A stretch of 64,000 nt of DNA. It comes from the human T2T-CHM13v2.0 reference genome, Homo sapiens. A program made the translations under genes and the position numbers. The stretch lies in the NCBI RefSeq assembly GCF_009914755.1, contig NC_060947.1; one strand, written 5' to 3'. The notes beneath the pieces were generated by a model. The model did not search any database, was not told the DNA's origin, and saw only the letters and a program-made list of their open reading frames with translations. This document shows positions 1 through 10,425 of the stretch, one piece after another. Each line of letters begins with the position of its first letter. Positions within the stretch are counted from its first letter, which is position 1.

Positions 1-195
1 AGAGAAAGAGCAAGATGGAGGCAAGCCCACTTCTGCAATAGCAAACCCATTCCTGTGATAATGGCATTAGTACCTTCATGAGGGTAGAGCCCTTATGACC
101 TAAACACCTCTAAAAGTTCCACCTCTCAATATTGCCACAATTACAATTAAATTTCCACATGAATTTTGAAGGGAACAAGCATTGAAACTATAGCA
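1..195 (-). mobile_element. MaLR LTR fragment (MSTC/MLT1A-like), cut by the window edge
   Basis: ttcatgagggtagagcccttatgacctaaacacctc...acatgaattttgaagggaacaagcattgaaactatagca is the typical MaLR LTR terminus. Confidence 0.75.
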
Positions 196-1389
196 AAAAG
201 AAAATAGTAGTCGTGAACAACACTATAAGTCAACTAAACGTAACAGACATGTATAGAACACTTTAACCAATAACAGCAGACTACACATTCTTCTTAAGTA
301 CTATGGAACATTCTCCAGGATAGATCATGTTCTAGGCCGTAAAACAAGCCTCAAAAAATTAAAATTACTGAACTTATGCAAAGTAAATTGTCCAATTATA
401 ATGGAATGAAACTATAAATTGATTTTAAAAATGAGAAATCCAAAAATATGTAGAAATTAAAGAAAACTCTTAAAATTCAAAGGGAGAATAAAGAAATTAC
501 AAGGAAAATTAGAAAATATTTTGAGAAAAATAAAAATGAAAACACAACGTATAAAATCTTTTGGGCTGCAGGTAAAGAAATGCTCAAAGAAAATTTGTAG
601 TTTATATGTCTGTATCTAAACAGGAAGATCTCACATCAATAATCTAAATTTGTACCTTAAGAAATTAAAATAAGAAAAACAATCTAAACCCAAAACACCT
701 AACAAGAGAGCTCCAAAACATATAAAGAAAAACATTGACAGAGTTGAAGGGACAAATATACAGTTCTCTAATAACAGACGAATACTTATAATATCCCACT
801 TACAATAATAGATTAAACAAGTACCCGAAATTGCAAAATGGAAATAGAGGACATAAAAATACTAAAAAGCAATAAGACATAACAGAAATTCATAGACCAA
901 CCAACTGAACCACAAAAGAATACATGTTCTTCTCAAGTGCACATAAAACATTCTCCAGGATAAATGATATATTAGGCCTTAAAACACAGCTCAACATATT
1001 TTGGACGAATGAAATTATACAAAGTCAGTTCTCCGACCACAATGGAATAAAATTAGAAATAAATAACAAAATAAATATTAGGAAATCCACAAATATGTAA
1101 CATTGAAAAATTACACTTTTAATTAATCAACACTTTAAAGAAGAAATCAGAAAGAAGATTAGAAAACACCAGGTGTTGTTATCAGGGTGAGGTTGGCCTT
1201 CTTTCTCTATTGCTTGGAATAATTTCAGAAAAAAATGGTAACAGCCCGTCTTTGTACCTCTGGTAGAATTTGGCTGTGAATCCGTCTGGTCCTGGACTTT
1301 TTTTGGATGGTAGGTTATCAATTACTGCCTCGATTTCAGAACTTATTATTGGTCTATTGAGGGATTCGACTTCTTCCTGGTTTAGTCTT

Positions 1390-2054
1390 TTTGTTGTTGT
1401 TGTTTTCTTTTTTTATTATCATACTCTAAGTTTTAGGGTATGTGTTCACAATGTGCAGGTTAGTTACATATGTATACATGTGCCATGTTGGTGTGCTGCA
1501 CCCATCAACTCGTCACTTACATTAGGTATATCTCCTAATGCTATACCTCCCCCCTCCCCCCACCCCACAACAGGCCCCGGTGTGTGATGTTCCCTTTCCT
1601 GTGTCCATGTGTTCTCATTGGTCAATTCCCACCTATGAGTGAGAACATGCAGTGTTTGTTTTTTTTGTCATTGAGATAGTTTGTTGAGAATGTTGGTTTC
1701 CAGCTTCATCCATGTACCTACAAAGGACATGAACTCATCATTTTTTATGGCTGCATTGTATTCCATGGTGTATATGTACCACATTTTCTTAATCCAGTGT
1801 ATCATTGTTGGACATTTGGCTGGAGAGGATGTGGAGAAATAGGAACACTTTTACACGTTGGTGGGACTGTAAACTAGTTCAACCATTGTGGAAGTCAGTG
1901 TGGCGATTCCTCAGGGATCTTGAACTAGAAATACATTTGATCCAGCCATCCCATTACTGGGTATATACCCAAAGGATGATAAATCCTGCTGCTATAAAGA
2001 CACATGCACACATATGTTTATTGCGGCACTACTCACAATAGCAAAGACTTGGAA
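1390..2054 (-). mobile_element. 5'-truncated, 5'-inverted L1PA (twin-priming structure)
   Basis: T-rich tail plus 3'UTR on minus (1390-1819), then the adjacent upstream L1 segment on plus (1820-2056); TSD cctggtttagtctt at 1376-1389 and 2055-2068. Confidence 0.9.
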
Positions 2055-2122
2055 CCTGGTTTAGTCTTGAGAGAGTGTGTGTGTCCAGGAATTTAGCCAT
2101 TTCTTCTAGATTTTCTAGTCTA

Positions 2123-2425
2123 TTTTTTATTTTATTTATATATATATATATTTATTACACTTTAAGTTCTAGGGTACATGTGCACAACGTGCAGGTTTGT
2201 TACATATGTGTACATGTGCCATGTTGGTGTGCTGCACCCCTTAACTCGTCATTTACATTAGGTATACCTCCTAATGCTATCCTTCCCCACTCCCCCCACC
2301 CCACAACAGGCCCCAGTGTGTGATATTCCCCTTCCTGTGTCCAAGTGTTCTCATTTTTCAATTCCCATCTATGAGTGAGAACATGCGGTGTTTGGTTTTT
2401 CTGTCCTTGCGATAGTTAGCTGAGA
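2123..2425 (-). mobile_element. 5'-truncated L1PA 3' end (~300 bp)
   Basis: L1PA 3'UTR with a T/TA-rich tail; TSD agattttctagt(c/t)ta at 2108-2122 and 2426-2440. Confidence 0.9.
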
Positions 2426-2874
2426 AGATTTTCTAGTTTAATTGCATAGATTTGTTTATAGTATTCTCCGATGGCAGTTTGTATTTTTGTCAGATCAGTG
2501 GTGATCACCCCTTTTTCATTTTGTATTGTGTCTATTTGATTCTTCTCTCTTTTCCTCTTTATGAATCTGGCTAGCAGTCTATCTATTTTGTCAATCTTTT
2601 CAGACAACAAGCTCCTGGATTCGTTGATTTTCTGAAGGGTTTTTCGTGTCTCTATCTCCTTCAATTCTGCTACAATCTTAGTTATCTCTTGTCTTCTGTA
2701 AGCTTCTGAATTTATTTGCTCTTGCTTCTCTAGTTCTTTTATTGTGGTGTTAGTGTGTCAAATGTAGATCTTTCCCGCTTTGTATAAAAATGAAGACACA
2801 TCATACAAAAACTAATGAGATGCAACTAAAGCACTGCTCAGAAGAAAATCTATAATTTTAAATTTCTATATTTA

Positions 2875-4804
<1,930 letters not shown>

Positions 4805-5410
4805 CTAAACCCAAATGAAATAGGAAGAAATAAATAAAATTTTTAGTGCATATATGTAAAGCAAAGAATACAAAATCAACAAACGCTGTAGCTGTTTAAT
4901 TGAAAATATCCACAAAATTAATAAACTTTCAGCTAGGTTGATGAAAATATGGGAAGAAAAATTACTAAAATGTGTAATCAATGAATATTATATACAATTA
5001 TAGACCAAAAGGCTAGTTGTCATACTAGATCACAAAGTTGATTCACTAAATAACAGAAACTTGATTGACTTATTAAATGGAGACATTCCTAAAAAGGCAT
5101 AAACTACAAAAATGACCGAAGATAAATAGAAAGTCTAAATGAATCTATAACAAGTAAAAAGACTGAGCTAATAATAGTATTAAAAGAACTTCCAAAAAGA
5201 AAAACCTATCAGACGATGGCTTCACTGGTTAATTCTATAAAATAACAACTGAATCTCAATCAATGCAATGCAGCATATTAATAGAATAAAGGGGGAAAGT
5301 CATGATCATTTTAAGAGATGCATGAAAAGCATTTGATAATACCATACACTATTTCATAATAGAAATATTCAACAAACTAGGATTGTTAAGAAAACTTTCT
5401 TAACCTGATT

Positions 5411-5588
5411 CCATGTGAATTTGGCTGGAGGACACAGCCTCCTCCTGTTGTTCTGGGATACAGCCAAACAGCAGGGCAGGTGACCCAGTGAACTCCCACC
5501 GCTGGTAGCCAGGTAAGCAACACTTGCTAGAGCTTCTGGCCCAGTGATCCTGCTTCTGTGTAAACTCAGCTGGAGGGTGCACCCTTCT
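5411..5588 (+). mobile_element. Isolated L1PA13-16-type 5'UTR repeat unit
   Basis: GC-richer block starting tgtgaatttggctggaggacacagcc and ending tgtaaactcagctggagggtgcaccc (slightly more than one unit); resembles the recalled older-primate L1 5'UTR repeat. Confidence 0.55.
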
Positions 5589-5660
5589 ATTACTATTACA
5601 TTGGGTCTTAGTTTCCAACATATGAATTTGAGGGGAATACACACATTCAAACCATAACTA
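5589..5660 (-). mobile_element. MaLR LTR terminal fragment
   Basis: attacattgggtcttagtttccaacatatgaatttgaggggaatacacacattcaaaccataac. Confidence 0.7.
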
Positions 5661-5737
5661 TGGTCATTTGCAAAGTTAAGTCTAACATACAAACATGTAG
5701 GTCTATTATGGACATGTGGGGAATGTATTTGTGCTTG

Positions 5738-5762
5738 GTGTGTGTGTGTGTGTCTGTGTGTT
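5738..5762. repeat. (TG)n microsatellite
   Basis: gtgtgtgtgtgtgtgtctgtgtg. Confidence 0.85.
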
Positions 5763-5767
5763 TATCT

Positions 5768-5940
5768 GTCAGGTTCTCAAGATAAAAGAAAGAATAGGGT
5801 CACAATTGATAAAGAAATTATGTCCAAAATGTTGCAAGTGAGTCAGGAAAGCTAGAGAGAGTATAATGCAGTAACTCAGAGCTATAATATTAACTGGAGC
5901 TTCATTACCATTCCTGGCCTTAGAGAAACAATTGAAAGAA
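5768..5940 (-). mobile_element. Old ERVL LTR fragment (LTR33-like)
   Basis: Weak resemblance, e.g. gcagtaactcagagcta...cattaccattcctggccttagag. Confidence 0.35.
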
Positions 5941-6848
5941 GCATGCAACTTCTGTTATTTTCATAGATAATGCATTCATGAATTGCTTCTACACTAAGAA
6001 GTCAATGCTTAAATTTTAAAAGAAAAGCAATGTGAAAGGGCAGAAGCTTAAGGAAAACATATCATTGAAGATGATAAATCTTGCATGCTCAAAAGTCAGT
6101 AATTAGCTGATATCTAAAATGGCTTAATTTTTCTAAAGAAAAATTAATTTGTGAATGAAGGATTGAAGAATAACTTGTTTAAAGAAAGCAGTAAAACAAC
6201 TCCATTACACACTTCTTCAGATGCAGTTTTATTTATGATTAGGACCTCAGAACTTTGTGACAGACAGAGATGAGAGCAAATCCTTGTTCTTCCACTTGCT
6301 GTTTAGGTAACCATTGTGGTTTAGAGTTTCAGACCTTATACCAACATGTATGAACCTACTAAATTTACCTTAGGAAAGAAAGCGGCAAGTTTTTAGTTTT
6401 TTTTAAATAAGTCTGATTTCTAGCTTTGAATAAAAGTAAAAGTATGCATTATGCTAATTTTTAAGAACCAACTGTGTGATTCAAGTAGTTTTCATAAGGG
6501 TCCCTGCAAAAATAACAACTGATGAAAATAAACCAACTCCTCAGTTCATAGAATTTTACCAAAGAAGTAAATGTGAAGAAGCCAGGTCAGTGTGTTGCAT
6601 AAATGCAATTCTCCAGCCCCAATAATATAGAATGCCATTAGAAAAGGTCACGTTTTTTCTAAGGTAGAAAATGTCAGCAAGTTTAAATAATAAAGGCCAT
6701 CCTCGATTATATGAAGCACTGCCATAGTTAACTGTTGACTGAGAGGGGAGGGGAAAATAACTAAACAAGATCATGTTGAAATCTTATCAAATAAACTATA
6801 GTAATTATTTAAATTAAATTATCAAAATATGTCTGATATTTTATATTT

Positions 6849-6938
6849 TCTCCCCTCCAAATACTAACCAGGCCTGACCCTGCTTAGCTTCTGAGATCAG
6901 ACAAGATTGGGCATCTTCAGGGTTGTATGGCCGTAGAC
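6849..6938 (-). pseudogene. 5S rRNA retropseudogene, 3'-truncated at about nt 90, tailless
   Basis: Reverse complement gtctacggccatacaaccctgaagatgcccaatcttgtctgatctcagaagctaagcagggtcaggcctggttagtatttggaggggaga matches 5S rRNA nt 1-90 with CpG decay; flanked by an imperfect 18-bp direct repeat (6834-6851, 6939-6956). Confidence 0.96.
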
Positions 6939-7306
6939 TAATATGTTATGTTTTCTATTACCGCTTCACTGAAACAGGAAGGGTCAAATGCTGTATGCAT
7001 TTATGAAAAGCAGTTATAATCATTCTAAAAGGAAAAAAATCCAATGACTATCCGTAATAATATTAACAAAGTTATAAAAATTAGGAAATAGACAATAAAT
7101 TATATAAGGAATTAGAAAGTACTTCACATAACATGAAAATTATCAGATTTTTTAAAAATCAGCAAATGTTTAATTTTCAAAGGCACTCAAAATCTCAAAG
7201 GAAGTAAATTAAAATAATTAGCCTTTGTACTTGCTCTTAGTTGATCATTTTGATGCTGACAAAAGTATGAAAAGATTTTCTGTAAAATTTCCTAGAAAGC
7301 ATAACT

Positions 7307-8546
7307 TCAGCTTTTCATTTTAACATTGGAAGGTATTACACAGACATTTGCAACATTATCATAGTCATATGTTTTCTGTAGTAATTTGTCTGTTAGCTGT
7401 ATCTCAGAGACACTTTGCAGGCATGGTTTTAAAAATAGTAGTGTTTAGGTAAAGCAGAGAGATGAACATGAAGGCAGCTTTCCAAGATACCTTCGTGAAC
7501 TTCCATAACAATGAATAGAATCTGTATCACACATATTCAAAATCAATTTCATTTTCCTATCACTGCAGTTTGTTGTTTTGCAGGTAATGTGAAAAGGCTC
7601 TTGTAGTTACAGAATCTGGGATTATCTCCAAAGACAGCCTCATATTTTCATAACCTGGAGACTCTCCTAAAAGTTGGATTGTCTGTAGCATTGCCATTTC
7701 ACCTAGATTTCTTTTCCACACTATATCCAATTTTCCCATTTCTCTTAGTCCCTTAATGATACCAGCTTCCTCTGAATATTTCTGCTTGAGTTGAACATGG
7801 TCTAAGTACTGGCGTCCTTCCATTGACTGCAAAAATGTCGTTGTTCCAAATGTACATTGATTTTCTCCATCTTGGTTGACAGTACTTAATTCTTTTCCAG
7901 TGTGCATATCAGATTACATAAAGGAAATACTTTGTATAAACACAGTTGAAGATGAAGTATTCCGAATCTAGATTTCGAGAAATAAGTCATTCTTCTCTGA
8001 ATTGTAAAACTTGGTTTTATTATCCAATTGTGAGAGGAAAGAAAATAAGCACAGTTTCCTAAAAAAACATTTTTTTCTCCACACTGAGCTGAATAAACAC
8101 TAAACCCATAAGGACAACTCTTCCAATGCCTGTTACACGTCAGATGACATCATCAATACAACAATGGGGTACAAGTTCTGCCACTATAGCCATGGAGACC
8201 AAAACATGTAAGGGTTAAGTACTTGTTTGAATATCATCATTTTCAATATGATTTTTGCAACTTAATTGCTATCTTTGGAAATACTCATATAACCATAATT
8301 TTTTACCTCTCTCAAAAATATAGTTCTAAGGATTTATGTTCATTTCAATTTTTCCCTCAAGCATTCACATTTCTGGTGGAGGATCACCTCTGATTAGCTG
8401 ATTAAAGAAATTACCAGGTAAGTCATTCTCTTCATACGTGACTAGAAAATTAGTTAACAAACTATGCCTAGTAGACAGTATCACCCTAGTAGACGGTATC
8501 ATTTGAGTGTCATAAAGATCTCCTGTCTGTGTGGATTATTTTCCAT
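7307..8546 (-). pseudogene. TRAPPC13P1: Processed pseudogene of TRAPPC13 (trafficking protein particle complex subunit 13), full CDS length, multiple stops and frameshifts
   Basis: Manual translation gives MENNPHRQEIFMTLK...VTYEENDLPGNFFNQLIRGDP...VAELVPHCCIDDVI...KTKFYNSE...[23 protein letters not shown]...PGYENMRLSLEIIPDSV...QKTYDYDNVANVCVIPSNVKMKS*. This is collinear with recalled TRAPPC13 (MEVNPPKQEHLLALK...[23 protein letters not shown]...[20 protein letters not shown]), with no introns. The parent gene is well supported; the P1 symbol is assumed from memory of an X-linked copy. Confidence 0.93.
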
Positions 8547-8568
8547 TTTAATGACAATTTTTTCCTAT

Positions 8569-9118
8569 TGTTTTAAAATTTACCCAGGATTTGTCTTAAT
8601 CAGGCATGGTAAGATGACAGACAGAGAAAACCACCTTGGCAAGAGGAATTTATTACTTACAATTCCCAAGAAAAGAGGGGACGATGCTCCTCACAGAGCC
8701 ACATGAGGAAGCACGAGGTTCTATTAGGAGGCAGAAGCAGCCAGGGGAAAGCACAGGTACAGGACTATGTTGTGGCTTCCATGACAAAGACAAGGCAGTT
8801 CAAGGGAAGTAACTTAGGATTGAGTAGTTTAAACAATGTCAGTAGGCTCAGAGCTGTAGGTACTACCCCTGGTTGCCTAGTGCCTGGTCCTGGGATAATA
8901 CTAAGACAGGAGGATAGTGACTCAATAAATTAGATAGTTAGCAGGCATGGGCTCTGGGTTGGTTTGTTTGCATATGACAGGTGTGCTCAGATGGCAGTTG
9001 TTTTCTATCTCTAGGAATTAGCTAGCCCTGGGAAGGGAAGTCTCTCCTCATCCATCAAGGCCCCAAAAGGTCAAAGCATCATAAAATATAGGCAATTTTT
9101 GAAACCATGTTTAATACA
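8569..9118 (-). mobile_element. Complete solo ERVL LTR (LTR53/LTR47-like), 550 bp
   Basis: TG...CA termini; 5-bp TSD cctat 8564-8568 / cctac 9119-9123; minus-strand cccagggctagctaattcctagagatag and catatgcaaac motifs; AATAAA at 8649-8654 (minus). Confidence 0.8.
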
Positions 9119-9219
9119 CCTACTGGCTATGGTCACTGGGGAAATGAGGGGGTGAAGGCAGGCCCAGAACAAAAAAAGGACAGTACACAGAGGAAAGGGC
9201 CTGGCTTCAGAATAACTCC

Positions 9220-10203
9220 TATATCAGTCAGTGTCCAGCCTGAGAAGTAGAACCAGTGAAAGATAGATACATAGTGATATGGTTTGTCTGTGTCCCTACC
9301 AAAATCTCATGTTGTATTGTGATCCCAATTGTTGGAGGTAGGGCATGGTGGGGGGTGACTGAATCATGGGGCTGGTTTCTAATGGTTTAGCACCATCCCC
9401 CTAGTGCAGTCTCATGACAGAGTTCTCATGAGGTCTGTTTGAAAGTGTGTAGCACTTCTCCTTTCACTCACTGTCTCTCTCCTGTTGGCCTTGTGAAGAC
9501 ATGTCTTGCTTCTTCTTCACCTTCAGCTATGACTGTACATTTCCTGAGGCTTCCCCAGCCATGCCTTCTATACATCCTGTGGACCTATGAGTCAATTAAA
9601 CCTCTTTACTTTATAAATTATCCAGTCTTGTGTAGTGCTTTATAGAGTGCAAGAATGGACTAATATAGCTAGATAGATCAATAGATTTATAGATAGACAG
9701 ACAGATGAATGGATGGACGGATAAATACTTGTTACAGGGATTTGGCTTACACAGTTGTGGGGGCTACTCAAGCAGTCCATATAATGTCTCTACATCTGAT
9801 TCAAGTGCTTGAAGTCCACAGCATATGCAGTTAGAAAGGTAATATCATAAAAAAGGATGGAACTCCAAGAGTAGAAGCTGGAAGCCCACAGAATGGACTG
9901 AAGCACATGTCTGCTCTAGAAGCCTGTGAGCTTGGTGATGATAGTATTCTGCAGAAGCTAAGGACCTTTGTCCTTGAGCTCTACACACACAACTGGCTCA
10001 ACTGCTTCTTCATCCCAAGTTGAGTCAACAGATAAGCAACAATGTGTTTGTGTTATCAAATGGATTCTGCTTCCCTTCCAACTTCTGAAATCTTGGAAGA
10101 ATCTCCTTTGCGGCCCATCCTAAATGGAAAAATACAATAAATGAAATTCCAGGAAATGTAGTTTGGCTCAGCAAAGTTGATACATTACAAATCCATCAAT
10201 AAC
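9220..10203 (-). mobile_element. MLT2-family (ERVL) LTR, split by an MST LTR
   Basis: tatatcagtcagtgtccagcctgagaagtagaaccag...(ATAG)n...gggatttggcttacacagttgtgggg...gcaaagttgatacattacaaatccatcaataaca. Confidence 0.75.
9275..9667 (+). mobile_element. MSTA/MSTB solo LTR inserted in the (ATAG)n tract of MLT2
   Basis: tgatatggtttgtctgtgtccctaccaaaatctcatg...gagtcaattaaacctc...gaatggactaatata. Confidence 0.88.
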
Positions 10204-10425
10204 ATCCATCCCTGCCAACATGTCAACTTTGTTCATGATTCCATTGGAAAATAAGAGGAGTTCCTTGTGATGAAGCCTGACTGATATCCACAGAATGTTT
10301 CATTTTATTTACCTGATAATTCAAATCCTCCTCTGCTCATGTCAGTCTTTGTTGAGCATTCACAAGGGACACTAATATCTTCACATATTGTGGAGCATTC
10401 TATTTACGTATCTCTTTGCAAGACC
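10204..10425 (-). mobile_element. ERVL internal remnant (pol, RNase H region)
   Basis: Minus strand ~10270-10384 translates VKILVSLVNAQQRLT*AEEDLNYQVNKMKHSVDISQ, like HERV-L VKIFVSHVNAHQRVTSAEEDFNNQVDRM; abuts the MLT2 LTR. Confidence 0.75.

Larger units (their letters stand above)
1168..2782 (-). mobile_element. Internal L1PA ORF2 fragment lacking both ends, interrupted by two younger L1 3' ends
   Basis: ORF 2416..2664 ([17 protein letters not shown]...) and tggtagaatttggctgtgaatccgtctggtcctgg are ORF2 antisense; no poly(A) or TSD at its outer borders. Confidence 0.8.

Noticed and set aside
7560-7907. 115-aa ORF as a protein-coding gene
   Set aside because: It is an open stretch within the TRAPPC13 pseudogene, preceded by in-frame stops and ending out of frame after ...IPDSV.
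8464-8933. Overlapping plus-strand ORFs of 80 and 76 aa
   Set aside because: They run antisense across the pseudogene start and the LTR, with no recognisable homology.
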